In this document: in pieces, positions 28,801-36,785 of the stretch
Numbering within the stretch: position 1 is the stretch's first letter
Layout: every line of letters begins with the position of its first letter
DNA from: Faecousia sp.
GTDB taxonomy: Bacteria > Bacillota > Clostridia > Oscillospirales > Oscillospiraceae
Direction of reading: 5' to 3'
Assembly: GCA_045638225.1 (NCBI GenBank)
Contig: JAZUAW010000056.1
Location: 8,480-72,479 of the forward strand
DNA: 64,000 nt
Program-made: the position numbers and the translations under genes
Notes under the pieces: model-generated
Database searches by the model: none
Told to the model about the DNA's origin: nothing
What the model saw: the letters and a program-made list of their open reading frames with translations, nothing else

Positions 28801-29977
28801 GGCCGCCGGCCACAAGGTGGTCATCGATGAAGCGGTGGCACCCACCTGTACCGAAACCGGCTTGACCGAGGGCAGCCATTGTGAAACCTGCGGTGAGGTA
28901 CTGGTAGTCCAGCAGATATTGGATGCTATCGGCCACCAATATAGTTCCTCGGTCACCAAGCCCACCTGCACAGAGGACGGCGATACCACCTATACCTGCG
29001 ATGTCTGTGGTGACAGCCACAGCGAGGGGATTCCGGCTACCGGCCACAAGGTGGTCATCGATGAAGCGGTAGCACCTACCTGTGTCGAAACCGGTTTGAC
29101 CGAGGGCAGCCACTGCGAAACCTGTGGCGAAGTGCTGGTAGCCCAGCAGATATTGGATGCTATCGGCCATCAATATAGTTCCGTGGTTACCGAGCCCACA
29201 TGTACAGAATCCGGCTATACCACCCACAGCTGCGGCAACTGCGGCGCTACCTACACCGATAACCATGTGGATGCGCTGGGCCATAGCTGGGACGAGGGCG
29301 TTGTGACCATTGCGCCTACGCTGGAATCCGAAGGTGAAAAGCGATATACCTGTACCTGCTGCGGCGAAACCAGAACGGAGATTCTGCCCAAGAAAGAACC
29401 GGTCATCTACGATACGCCGGCAGATAACACCGTGCAGATCCCTGAAAACGATTGCTTCGAGGGCGGCACTACGGTTACCGTCCAGCTGATCGAAGAGGGC
29501 AAGAACTTTGAGACGGTAAGCGCTGCCATGGAGTTTGTGGCGGAGCAGTATGTGGCCTACCAGTTCACAGCCGCCAAGGACGGTGTGCAGGTGCAACCCA
29601 GCGGCAAGCTGGCCGTCACCATTGCCATCCCTGAGAGCTACAGTAACAATGTGGTAGTCTACTATATGGATGAAAACGGCAAGCTGGAGAAGCTGGAAAG
29701 CAGGGTGGATGTGGATGCACGTACCGTCACGGTAGAGCTGACACATTTCAGCACCTACATCCTGGCCGATGCCGATACCGCCCCCACTTTCGTGCTGGGC
29801 GACGTCAATGACGACGGCCGCATCAATGCCCGTGATGCCCGTCTGCTGCTGCGATTCATTGCCGACTTGGTAGAAGAATCCGAGCTTGTGGTGGCTGCTG
29901 CGGACTTCAACGGCGACGGCCGCATCAATGCCCGTGATGCCCGCGATGTTCTGCGCCACATCGCCGGTCTGGATTGA
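19883..29977 (+). CDS. Giant S8 subtilase with BspA-type LRRs, InlB-B-like repeats, Cys/His repeats and a C-terminal dockerin-like pair
   Basis: N-terminal hydrophobic anchor; VAVIDTG/HGTAVTG/GTSLASP triad; many IG..AF..C..L..I.LP repeats; GDVNDDGRINARDA and ADFNGDGRINARDA. The start may be 19889. Confidence 0.9.
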   Translation: MNMKWNKKQVLCLVAVLVVTAIAIGGIALWLRESKLQQLQNEALAELERNVGRYDEQSIVLRQTSRARAEELADLYGATLRITKDGRFATLTLPEGTTIRDVYAREESRRYIGEMEADYQVSISELTETEEDGQRLPQRPIYGAGDADYAKQTYLDYVNLDRTWYSYTGAGMTVAVIDTGIDTDHPEFAGRISEYSYNATEDKIVKDYSDWSLIEDEQGHGTAVTGVIAASMNSGNVVGIAPDAQILVIKAECDAYGSFRTSDLVFGIYYAIERDVNVINMSFGTYLPVNPFAEALQLAYDSDIICVAAAGNDNTATRSWPAADEHVIAVGALDGWERAYYSNVGENVDVMAPGTTYTTKMGGGYGDMTGTSLASPIVAGAMALLAQRNPYTNFEEVTEQLYAACYDLGPLGRDWHYGFGALDVGALMLEERGKITYDMLTDELENIEGLYIQGHTLQQLPEPERLYAVFDGWYYDDTFTQEYNYYTDKFYGEEITLYAKWVNEEDGIPYTYVILDDGTVEIRSYTGHRRYITIPEKIEGRIVSSIGEMAFAGQTRLREVTLPSGLKHIGIYAFQNCTNLVGIQIPENVTEIGEGAFAGNIRLSTVAFTGNSKLETIGYAAFSDCGSLQWIELPASLQNVDGAAFSGTTQLYHIGVQQGNTAFQSKDGVLFDISGSTLVAFPAAWGSSYTLPAETTRIGPYAFAYAKIKTVDLSNVTTIGDYGFVCAELERVDIPDGMRELGDRVFMMNGKLSAVTFGRGLTEISPEAFYGCASLQQVTIPNNICMLGTGAFGATGLKEVIFEENSSLTLIGGGAFIGTKLEQIDIPASVQVIGAMAFKSTSLQQVNFAPDSVLQDIGGEAFQGCWSLQSIRLPESLKSIGESAFQSSGLTEVTIPAGVIYLGDGAFSLCSNLTAVSIAEGNTSYHDIDGVVYDLSNTTIHIYPANRAGENYVLESTTQIVAPWAFAGAMNLTYVQLPESLTQIGTYGFSSCAQLDNVYIPDNVVQIGQYAFAYSWNMYNVYFNETAKIFRLGFGAFAYSGIANFRVPANVSTMAQQVFEGCSNLSSITFAAGSKLESISAYMFDGCSNLYSVVFEPGSALQSIQAHGFEGMEQLQHVVFNDAKITNIDNFAFRFCKNLTELQLPETVTNIGRYAFYGCTNLSELRIPAAVEHIGSYAFLNTKDMELYFAGEALPAYLDENWDYATKGYYTGVETVEQNGDYKYAILPSGAIAILQYLGSETHVDLTQVDLGGPITTIGGSAFEDSTVKTIVLPETLTAIQAEAFRYTALEGVHIPAGVTFIGREAFAYTDIQSLTFAENAKIAVIEQHAFEETRGLTTVMLPASVTTLGTGVFQGSGLQSVIFAPGSQLAEIPQRAFAATELTAVTLPDSVTLVNHDAFANVQTLKSVTFGNNDGIRLMSNAFYNTGISSLHIPANVTYIGEYCFVGLQQLTAFTVDENNPNYKAEDGLLLTKNGRKLIAVPAGREGSLIVPLSVEEIGFGAFEASKLSQIQFHGDANILSFGYRAFFKASNITTITIPKSVVAIDYYAFAYCESLKEVIFAEGNQLKGIYEGAFCGDLNLESIILPADVVEISDFAFYGCSKLTTLPLSAPENLKGIYDYAFAYSGLEGQLTMPENLYDIGSYAFLGCKVTEVTVSDTNKKDLIIGIGAFENCNQLTEITLPFIGAEYEDEWKTWFGYIFGAGSYTANNTYVPKSLKTVTITEGISFIGWGAFSGCTELEEINLPHSVSDICSESFREVVARYELTNTISVYLGSGGYREPYGFFSGGVGGTGLSGHVKLAEGVKYVSLDCPGVTAITLPEGVTTVEMANASITEIYLPDSVAEFRFNNLLKLQSVRLPATMKTIPSSSFFGCESLQKVVLPEELEVIGGGAFSGCAALNSVVLPESVTTIGAFAFNGCKALSSIQLPKNLQTIEEYAFADCTKLYEIINHSQLALTFGGEDNGQVAFNARWIIDQNGNKTTLIEGSDATYVDTAEGYRFLLENGEYSLVAYLGSEETLTLPLDILGNPYTIRQFRGGKHIIIPEGITAIDDYAFAGHGQLESIVIADSVTKIGEFAFSQCAKLQSVQLPMGLTTVEAHLFWECTSLQAVEIPANVTEIGYGAFIDCIALQQVTLPDGLQTIGDNVFRGTAVTSIKIPASLRDIVSGAFAGCPLETIEVDARNQNFVQVDNILYNKDMTVIYAAAYNITHVVIPASVQDIGSAFSGCTKLHTVEFAAGSQLTQLPYRAFADCSALEQIIWPDNLQSIAYAAFYGCSALKTVRLPDTLTYLESEAFWNCAGLTELYLPAGVSNFWPGSVWECSNLQAIHVDPANESYCSVDGVVYTKDMSQIVLVAAGMTGTVTIPEGITHISGFESSSVTEVILPESAVSIEPYAFDRCRSLKKIYIPDSVTSIGFGAFWDCVALEEVRLPYGLTEIAEYAFYGCESLQQVTIPDSVMVVHDNAFQNCYGLKDLTLSKQLTEIGDYAFYSCNIRYLDIPEGVVSIGSEAFAYCDDLLWITLPQSLQHIGQDAFYYNIKLHEIRNNGDLPLVCGSDSYGGVAQYALAIVDKNGNRTLLDPEKLFAVIETEDGFVFTQENDVYTMIAYWGEQETVTLPLTFNGSPYEMYAVDGIRHAIIPEGWTEVPTMAFWSSSTLEYVTIPNTVTTISHGAFGYCVNLKEVTIPDSVMIIDNSAFDYCQSLASISVGPNVTFIGFGAFRDTAFAKDPANWSDGALYLNRYLLDVDKTLSSFTVRPDTLTICDSAFFQCYLLKILETGVCKTNVLQECVNLETLILTRNNGELGSFIPITLKNIVLTESFLWNEESKWLFEFVNGATIFVESKDADLRWDVNYPNWNLGLPVIYGDQWIWANFYDADGQLIQSAPQRNAAVIRLPYLAEKPGYAFVGWDLDGDGVADSVPATSAVDIYAYMLMERVCEHSYQSVVTEPTCTEDGNATYTCSICGDSYSERIPAAGHKVVIDEAVAPTCTETGLTEGSHCETCGEVLVVQQILDAIGHQYSSSVTKPTCTEDGDTTYTCDVCGDSHSEGIPATGHKVVIDEAVAPTCVETGLTEGSHCETCGEVLVAQQILDAIGHQYSSVVTEPTCTESGYTTHSCGNCGATYTDNHVDALGHSWDEGVVTIAPTLESEGEKRYTCTCCGETRTEILPKKEPVIYDTPADNTVQIPENDCFEGGTTVTVQLIEEGKNFETVSAAMEFVAEQYVAYQFTAAKDGVQVQPSGKLAVTIAIPESYSNNVVVYYMDENGKLEKLESRVDVDARTVTVELTHFSTYILADADTAPTFVLGDVNDDGRINARDARLLLRFIADLVEESELVVAAADFNGDGRINARDARDVLRHIAGLD
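28699..29200 (+). repeat. Intragenic 234-bp (78-aa) tandem duplication of Cys/His-rich units
   Basis: CACAAGGTGGTCATCGATGAAGCGGT at 28811 and 29045. Confidence 0.85.
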
Positions 29978-29986
29978 ACCAAAACC

Positions 29987-30014
29987 CAACGCCGCCGGTT
30001 TTCCGGCGGCGTTG
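29987..30014 (+). terminator. Terminator hairpin
   Basis: CAACGCCGCCGG-tttt-CCGGCGGCGTTG. Confidence 0.75.
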
Positions 30015-30158
30015 TCTGTTTTTGGGGAGGTATTGCTGTGTCAATTCACATATTTGGGATTTCGTCGGATAAAACAAACTGGACTTTTTTATCAGTTGTG
30101 ATACAATAAACTTAGCTGAAATCGGCGTGCCAACCTACACGAAACAGGAGGAAATCAT

Positions 30159-30551
30159 ATGGAACGCGTATGCAAGTTTTTGAAGGATGCCGGGGTTTAC
30201 TATTTGGCCACTGTGGAGGCTGATCAGCCTCGGGTGCGGCCCTTTGGTACTGCCCACATCTTTGAGGGCAAACTATACATTCAAACCGGCAAAGTCAAGC
30301 CCTGCTCCAAGCAGATTATGGAAAATCCCAAGGTAGAGATCTGTGCATTCCACAATGGTGCGTGGGTGCGGGTCGCCGGCGAGCTGGTGGAAGATGACCG
30401 GGTTGAGGCCAAGAAGTCCATGCTGGACGCTTATCCCAGCCTTCGCGGTATGTATGATGAGAATGACGGCAACACCCAGGTGCTGTATTTCAAGCATGCG
30501 GTAGCGACGTTCTCCGCATTCGGTTCCGCACCGGAAATTGTGGAGTTTTGA
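30159..30551 (+). CDS. Pyridoxamine 5'-phosphate oxidase-like (NimA/NimC) protein
   Basis: YYLATVEADQPRVRPFG...NPKVEIC. Confidence 0.85.
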   Translation: MERVCKFLKDAGVYYLATVEADQPRVRPFGTAHIFEGKLYIQTGKVKPCSKQIMENPKVEICAFHNGAWVRVAGELVEDDRVEAKKSMLDAYPSLRGMYDENDGNTQVLYFKHAVATFSAFGSAPEIVEF

Positions 30552-30566
30552 TAGGGGAGGAGAAGC

Positions 30567-31343
30567 ATGGCCTATTATTTTCCTTTTGGACAAGAGCTAA
30601 AGCCTCTGGTGCAGGAGGATCGCTCACCCAAGAAGGTATTTGTGCTGGGTGTGTATGCCAGCGCTGTGCATGCCCGGTGGAAAAAGGATGGGAAGATCAT
30701 TTGCCAGGCGCTTGCTGTGGCCAGCGAACCGTACATATTTTGGGACGGCAATGTGGACAAAGCCCGTCAGATCATTGGCGACATTGCGATGCCTGAGGAA
30801 TTGGGTACGCTGGAGCCTGCGGGCAAGCAACTGAATGGCCCTTCGGCAACGGTGCTGGTTGATAACATTCTGAAGCCCCTTGGCTTTATCCGCGAAGAGG
30901 CGTGGCTTTGCGATTGCTTGCCGGAGACCCGGCTGAATCCCAGCCAGGTCAAGGCACTGCGTGACAAGTATGAGCCGTTGATGGAAGAATACCATCTGAA
31001 TCCGGTCACTATTCCGAAGCGCCCCAATGTTTTCTGCGACAAGGCAAGAAGCGCCGAGATCACAGAAGAACTGCTCCAATCGGAAGCGGACTTGCTGGTG
31101 CTGTTGGGCGATATTCCTATTGCGCAGTATTTGAAGAAAGTGGCCGATGTGCCCTATTCCACATTGGGCGAATATATGGAGCTTTACGGCTATGGCAATC
31201 CTAGTCCCGTGACCATTGCGGGCAAGACCATCCGGGTACTGCCTTTGGCCCATCCCAGACAGATTGGTGCCTTGGGTGCCCACAGCGAAAAATGGTGCCA
31301 AGCCCATAAAGAATGGGAACAACGAGTTTGCCCGGCAGAATAA
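30567..31343 (+). CDS. Uracil-DNA glycosylase-like fold protein
   Basis: LVLLGD...VLPLAHPRQ resembles UDG superfamily motif B. Confidence 0.55.
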   Translation: MAYYFPFGQELKPLVQEDRSPKKVFVLGVYASAVHARWKKDGKIICQALAVASEPYIFWDGNVDKARQIIGDIAMPEELGTLEPAGKQLNGPSATVLVDNILKPLGFIREEAWLCDCLPETRLNPSQVKALRDKYEPLMEEYHLNPVTIPKRPNVFCDKARSAEITEELLQSEADLLVLLGDIPIAQYLKKVADVPYSTLGEYMELYGYGNPSPVTIAGKTIRVLPLAHPRQIGALGAHSEKWCQAHKEWEQRVCPAE

Positions 31344-31350
31344 AATAAGA

Positions 31351-31383
31351 AGCCCTGGATCGGTGGGAAATCGATCCAGGGCT
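31351..31383. terminator. Hairpin between convergent genes
   Basis: AGCCCTGGATCG...CGATCCAGGGCT. Confidence 0.7.
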
Positions 31384-31432
31384 GTTGTTTTGCTTGCGCA
31401 TGACAGAAATCAAACAGAAATATCAATGATTT

Positions 31433-32398
31433 TCAGAAGGAAAAACCCGCATATTTTCTGGCTTTTTCCAGAACTTCTACAACATTACGGGTGGTTTCCA
31501 ACCGCCTGTAGCAATCATCATAATCGGCGGCAGCCACCAGTCGGCCAATGTCCTGAACTTCGTGATACCAAGGGTTTTCGGGCAAATGGACGCAGGCAGA
31601 TTCCTGGCCTCTCACATGCAGTTCCACACTCTGACAGTTGCTGCTGCTGGGTGTCACTTCCATATATCCGGCTTCTCCGATGATCTGTACGCCGTTGCGG
31701 GCGGCACAGTCTTTGGCACCGATGCACTGGCAGAGAAAATCTTCATATTCCAGAACCAGCATGCCGCTGGTATCCACACCGGTTTCGTGACGGTTGGGGA
31801 AATAGCGCACATGCGTAGGAGCGCCGAACAAACCAACCACAAAATGAATGTTATAGAGGTTGATGTCCATGAGGGCGCCGCCTGCGAAGGCGTGGTTCAG
31901 AACAGGGGAGGGGTTGCCTGCCAGCAAAGCGGGATAACGGCTGGAAAATTGGCAGAAGGTGGCAGTTACCATTTTGAGTTTGCCCAGTTTGGGCAGATTC
32001 TCTTGGATAAAAGTGTAGTGGGGATGATGGGCAGTGGTGATGGCCTCAAACAGCAGCAAATGCTTTTCTTTCGCCAAAGCAATCAGCTCGTCTGTCTGGG
32101 CAACAGTGGGCGTGAAGGGCTTTTCACAAATCACGTGCTTACCGGCCAACAGCGCAGAACGGACTTGATCATAATGAATACTGTTGGGAGATGCCACATA
32201 TACCATATCAATGGCAGGATCAGCAAGCATCTCCTGCAGAGAGGTATAAACTTTCTCAATACCAAATTCTTCGGCCATTGCGCGGCCTGTCTCCTCTTTG
32301 CGGGAGTAGATGGCGGTACAATGAAGCACGTCGCTGCGGTTGAACTCTGCCAGCATGCTTTTGGTAATGGCACCGGTTCCGATGGCGCAAAGATTCAT
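31433..32398 (-). CDS. Gfo/Idh/MocA oxidoreductase
   Basis: IGTGAI, VYVASPNSIH, KHVICEKP, GGALMDINLY. Confidence 0.9.
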   Translation of the reverse strand: MNLCAIGTGAITKSMLAEFNRSDVLHCTAIYSRKEETGRAMAEEFGIEKVYTSLQEMLADPAIDMVYVASPNSIHYDQVRSALLAGKHVICEKPFTPTVAQTDELIALAKEKHLLLFEAITTAHHPHYTFIQENLPKLGKLKMVTATFCQFSSRYPALLAGNPSPVLNHAFAGGALMDINLYNIHFVVGLFGAPTHVRYFPNRHETGVDTSGMLVLEYEDFLCQCIGAKDCAARNGVQIIGEAGYMEVTPSSSNCQSVELHVRGQESACVHLPENPWYHEVQDIGRLVAAADYDDCYRRLETTRNVVEVLEKARKYAGFSF

Positions 32399-32410
32399 AG
32401 GAGAACCTCC

Positions 32411-33595
32411 TTAATAGATCCGTTTTGCGTATTCGCTGGGGGAAATGTGATATTTCTGGTTGAAGGCGTTGGAGAAATAGTGGATCGAACTGTAGCCCAG
32501 CTTCAGGGAAACTTCGCTGATCGTGTATTTGTTTTCCCGCAGCATTTGGCAACTTTTTTCCAGCTTCATATCGCTGATGAACTTCTTTGGCGACTGGTTG
32601 ACGGTGTTCTTAAACAGCAATTGCAATGTGGAGCGGGAAAGGGAGAAATGCTGACAAATGTTGGCCACAGTAAGCGGCTCATAGATCTTCTCCTCGATGT
32701 AAGTGATGATCTCGTCAAACAGTTCGTCCTGATAATTTTGACGCACCACGCTGGAGGGCTGTACGGTGGGAATGACATAAATGCCCTGCAGCAGACGGAT
32801 AATGGTTTCGGTCAGCAGACAGTGCATCAAGCTGTCCGTATAGGGGGCGCCGTTGGAACTTTCCTGAACAAGGGTCTTGATCAAGGTGTAGATTTTTTTG
32901 TTGTAGGGAAAAACACGGTTGATCAAAACATTGTGCCAGTCGCTGGGCAGCTCCGGGGAGGTATTTTCGATGCTGAATACGATGGTTACATAGGAAACGG
33001 CCTGATTGCCCGTATGCTGGGAATGAAATTGTCCCGGTCCGTAGATCATCAAGTCTTTTTCACCAAGGGTGTAGGATATGCCGTCCACCTCGGTATAAAG
33101 GGTGCCGGTGTCAATGTAGGTCAGTTCAAAGAAGCGATGTTTTTCTCCTGCGAAACTGTAGCCCGGCGTGCGCATACGATAATAGTAACCTATGATTTTG
33201 TCCAGACGTATGCGCGGCAGGATGGGGCGGTACTCATAGGGTGTGGACAAAGTGATGGCATCCATTTGGTAATCTTGCTGGGTATAGATATCGACCACCA
33301 GTTCCGGTGTGGTAGAGATGAATCCAAAATAAACATTGGGATTGATATGGATCCGATGGTTCATGCCGAATTCTTCGATCGGATGTGTTTCGGGGTTTTC
33401 AGATACCAATAAAATACCGATGCCGCTTTGCACTTCGATATAGATGTCGCAACTAAAATGCAGGAATTGAGACAGTGTCCGCTGGGTGGGGATTCGCCGA
33501 CTTTGGTGGATCAGCGATTGCTCCTGCTCCTCGGTCAATTTGCGGTAAACAGAACCGTATTTCAGAAATGCGGTACTGGCAGTTTCGTTTTGCAT
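32411..33595 (-). CDS. AraC-family regulator
   Basis: Cupin HRFFELTY; C-terminal ISEVSLKLGYSSIHYFSNAF. Confidence 0.9.
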   Translation of the reverse strand: MQNETASTAFLKYGSVYRKLTEEQEQSLIHQSRRIPTQRTLSQFLHFSCDIYIEVQSGIGILLVSENPETHPIEEFGMNHRIHINPNVYFGFISTTPELVVDIYTQQDYQMDAITLSTPYEYRPILPRIRLDKIIGYYYRMRTPGYSFAGEKHRFFELTYIDTGTLYTEVDGISYTLGEKDLMIYGPGQFHSQHTGNQAVSYVTIVFSIENTSPELPSDWHNVLINRVFPYNKKIYTLIKTLVQESSNGAPYTDSLMHCLLTETIIRLLQGIYVIPTVQPSSVVRQNYQDELFDEIITYIEEKIYEPLTVANICQHFSLSRSTLQLLFKNTVNQSPKKFISDMKLEKSCQMLRENKYTISEVSLKLGYSSIHYFSNAFNQKYHISPSEYAKRIY

Positions 33596-33814
33596 TTATA
33601 CCACCTCCGATGTAAAAAGTATAACATATTTTTGTCGGTTTGCATAGAGAAAATTGTTAAAAACGATAAAAAGGTCGGAAAATGAATAAATCGTGAAATA
33701 ACTATTTTCATTAAATAAATTGTTAAAAAAGGCAAAGACTTTACGACGAAAAAAATCTATAATCATAGTGTCTGAATTGGAAACTCAGTCAATAAATTCA
33801 AGGAGGAGATCCCA

Positions 33815-34291
33815 ATGCCTAATATCATTTTAACCCGCATTGACAATCGTCTGGTTCACGGACAGGTCGCAACTCAGTGGTGCGGCGCTATCGGTGCCAA
33901 CCTGATTCTGGTTGCTAACGACGAAGTCGCAGGCAACAAGCTGCGTCAGGGTCTGATGGACATGGCTGCTCCCAGCTACGCAGCAATGCGTTACTGGACC
34001 ATCCAGAAGACGATTGAGACCATCCACAAGGCTAGCGACAAGCAGAAGATTTTCATCGTTTGTGAGAATCCCACTGATGTTCTGCGTCTTGTTGAAGGTG
34101 GCGTTCCCCTGAAGAAGGTGAACATTGGCAATATGCACATGGCCGAAGGCAAGCGCCAGGTGGCCGGTTCTGTCGCTGTTGACGACAAGGACGTTGCTGC
34201 ATTTGCAAAGCTTCGTGAGCTGGGCGTCGAACTCGAGATTCGTCGTGTTCCCACCGAAGCTGCTGAAAACATTGAGAAGCTGTTTAAGTAA
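33815..34291 (+). CDS. agaV: PTS GalNAc EIIB (mannose family)
   Basis: RIDNRLVHGQVATQW, VNIGNMHMAEGKRQV. Confidence 0.9.
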   Translation: MPNIILTRIDNRLVHGQVATQWCGAIGANLILVANDEVAGNKLRQGLMDMAAPSYAAMRYWTIQKTIETIHKASDKQKIFIVCENPTDVLRLVEGGVPLKKVNIGNMHMAEGKRQVAGSVAVDDKDVAAFAKLRELGVELEIRRVPTEAAENIEKLFK

Positions 34292-34333
34292 GCTCTCTTT
34301 GTAAAAAAATATTTTAATAAGGAGTAATACACT

Positions 34334-35143
34334 ATGGATTTTAGTGTTCTGCAGATCATCCTGGTTTTTGCATGGACTTTCATCATTGCAATCGACCAGT
34401 TTGATTTCCTGGAATCCCTGTATCAGCCCATCGTGTCCGGTGCTGTCATCGGCGCTATCCTGGGCGACCTGGAGACCGGTCTGATCGTCGGCGGTACTTA
34501 CCAGCTGATGACCATTGGTAACATGCCTGTCGGTGGCGCTCAGCCCCCGAACGCTGTTATCGGCGGCGTTATGGCCGTTGTGTTCGCTATCGGCGCTAAG
34601 CTGGATGTTGAGGCCGCTCTGGGCCTGGCTGTGCCCTTCGCTATGATCGGCCAGTACATGGTTACCCTGCTGTTCACCGTCATGTCCCCCATGATGTCCG
34701 TTGCTGACAAGATGGCTGACAAGGGCGATCACAAGGGTATCGTTGGCCTGAACTGGCTGGCTATGTCTGCTCTGGGCCTGCTGTTCGCCGTGGTTTGCAC
34801 CATCGGTCTGATCGGCGGTTCCGCTCTGGGCAAGACCCTGACCGACCTGTTCGACAAGGTGCCGTGGCTGATGACCGGCCTGGGCGCTGCTGGTGGTATG
34901 ATGCGCTTCGTCGGTTTTGCTACCCTGCTGCGTATCATGATGTCCAACAAGCATTGGGGCATCTACTTTGCCGGCTTCACTCTGGCAACCATCATTGGTT
35001 ACATCCCCGCTCTGGGCGGCTCTGCCCTGGTTCTGATCGCTTTCGTCGGTATTGCTCTGGCTATCAATGATTTCCAGACCGGCGTTGCTCTGAGAACTGC
35101 TGGCGGTTCTAATGGAAATGGAGGCGACGACGATGGCATCTAA
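34334..35143 (+). CDS. agaW: PTS mannose-family EIIC
   Basis: PIVSGAVIG, PVGGAQPPN; polytopic. Confidence 0.85.
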   Translation: MDFSVLQIILVFAWTFIIAIDQFDFLESLYQPIVSGAVIGAILGDLETGLIVGGTYQLMTIGNMPVGGAQPPNAVIGGVMAVVFAIGAKLDVEAALGLAVPFAMIGQYMVTLLFTVMSPMMSVADKMADKGDHKGIVGLNWLAMSALGLLFAVVCTIGLIGGSALGKTLTDLFDKVPWLMTGLGAAGGMMRFVGFATLLRIMMSNKHWGIYFAGFTLATIIGYIPALGGSALVLIAFVGIALAINDFQTGVALRTAGGSNGNGGDDDGI

Positions 35144-35945
35144 TTACACTAACCTGACTCCTGCCAAGGCTCTGGACAAGAAGACCCTGAACAAGATGGT
35201 CTGGCGTTCCCTGAACCTGCAGGCGTCCTTCAACTACGAGCGTATGCAGGCTGCCGGCTGGCTGTACTGCATCCTGCCCGGCCTGCTGGCTATCCACGGC
35301 GAGGGTACTGATGATCTGAAGACCTCCATGAAGCACAACCTGGACTTCTTCAACACCCACCCCTTCCTGGTCACCTTCGTCATGGGCATCGTGCTGTCCA
35401 TGGAGCAGCAGAAGTCTGACATCGACACCATCCGTGCTGTCCGTGTCTCCGCTATGGGCCCCCTGGGCGGCATCGGCGACGCTATCTTCTGGTTCACTCT
35501 GGTTCCCATTGCTGCCGGTATCGGCTCCAATATGGCCATCGAGGGCTCCATCGCAGGTCCCATCGTGTTCCTGGCACTGTTCAACATTGTTCAGTTCGCT
35601 GTCCGTTTCTTCCTGATGCACTGGTCCTACAAGCTGGGCACCTCCGCCATTGGCGCTCTGACTGCCTATGCTAAGGAATTCACCGGCGCTGCTTCCCTGC
35701 TGGGCGTCTTCGTCGTTGGTGCTCTGACTTCCAACTACGGCGGCACTGCTCTGAGCAACGAGCTGAAGCTGGAAAATGGCCAGACCATCCAGTCCATCCT
35801 GGACGGCGTTCTGCCCAAGATGATCCCCCTGGCACTGACTCTGGGTCTGTTCTTCCTGATGAAGAAGAAGAAGTGGACTCCCGTTATGTGCATCGGCGCT
35901 CTGCTGGTCCTGGGCCTGGTCGGCGCAGCTATCGGCATCTTCTAA
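35133..35945 (+). CDS. agaE: PTS mannose-family EIID
   Basis: LQASFNYERMQA, FFNTHP, MGPLGGIGD. Confidence 0.9.
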   Translation: MASNYTNLTPAKALDKKTLNKMVWRSLNLQASFNYERMQAAGWLYCILPGLLAIHGEGTDDLKTSMKHNLDFFNTHPFLVTFVMGIVLSMEQQKSDIDTIRAVRVSAMGPLGGIGDAIFWFTLVPIAAGIGSNMAIEGSIAGPIVFLALFNIVQFAVRFFLMHWSYKLGTSAIGALTAYAKEFTGAASLLGVFVVGALTSNYGGTALSNELKLENGQTIQSILDGVLPKMIPLALTLGLFFLMKKKKWTPVMCIGALLVLGLVGAAIGIF

Positions 35946-35959
35946 TTATCGCTTGATAA

Positions 35960-36610
35960 ATGCGCGCAGTTCTTCTTGATTTTAATGGAACCATGTTTTT
36001 TGACACAAGCCTCCATCTGGAGGCTTGGTCAAAAATCTATCAGGATCTGTACCCAGAGGATACGGATCCCCCCAGTACCGCACGCTTCTGCGGCCCGTGC
36101 AATGATGCCATCTTGAAAAAGTTGGCACCTTGGCTGACAGCCGAAGAGCGCCTGTGGTATTCTGAAAGGAAAGAGGAATTGTACCGCAAAGCCTGCATGG
36201 CGAATCCGGACATGTTCCGTTTAGCTCCAGGCACGGAAGTTTTCTTGGATCAGCTCCAGAATCGTGGCATTCCGTTTGCTCTGGCGAGTGCCTCCATCAA
36301 GGACAACATCGATTTTTTCTTCGAATCCTTCGCTTTAGAGCGGTGGTTTCGCAGAGAAGATGTTGTTTATGATGATGGTACTTATCCGGACAAGGGTGCT
36401 ATGCACTTGGCTGCTGCCCACAAGATGGGTGTGCTGTTGAGCCACTGCTTGCTGGTGGAGGATAGTTCGTCTTCCATCAGTCTTGCAAAGAAAAATGGTG
36501 CTGGCTGCATTGTTGCCATTGGCAACACAGCTGCGCCGGAGGTTTTGATCAGCGCTGGCGCCGATCATTACATTCGGGACTTTACCGAATTTGAACTTGT
36601 CTGGCTTTAA
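35960..36610 (+). CDS. HAD-family phosphatase
   Basis: LLDFNGTMFFD, LASAS, VEDSSS. Confidence 0.85.
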   Translation: MRAVLLDFNGTMFFDTSLHLEAWSKIYQDLYPEDTDPPSTARFCGPCNDAILKKLAPWLTAEERLWYSERKEELYRKACMANPDMFRLAPGTEVFLDQLQNRGIPFALASASIKDNIDFFFESFALERWFRREDVVYDDGTYPDKGAMHLAAAHKMGVLLSHCLLVEDSSSSISLAKKNGAGCIVAIGNTAAPEVLISAGADHYIRDFTEFELVWL

Positions 36611-36652
36611 AGACAGATCCTGTTAATTCCATGAGTTTCCAATAGAAAGTAC

Positions 36653-36683
36653 AAAAAAAGCTCCGAGTAATCGGAGCCTTTTT
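36653..36683 (+). terminator. Terminator
   Basis: A7-GCTCCGA-gtaa-TCGGAGC-c-T6. Confidence 0.75.
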
Positions 36684-36785
36684 TGTTGTATTTTTGATAG
36701 CCGGGAAAGATTCTCGTATCTAAGGCTTGCAAATTTTCCTGTAGTGCTATATAATGTAGAAAACAAAGACAGAGGATGATTTTAC

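Noticed and set aside
19859-29989. Very long minus-strand ORFs (1114, 1353, 539 aa)
   Set aside because: Antisense shadows of the subtilase-LRR gene; no motifs or RBS.
31562-33412. 616-aa plus-strand ORF
   Set aside because: Antisense to two well-supported genes (Gfo/Idh/MocA and AraC).
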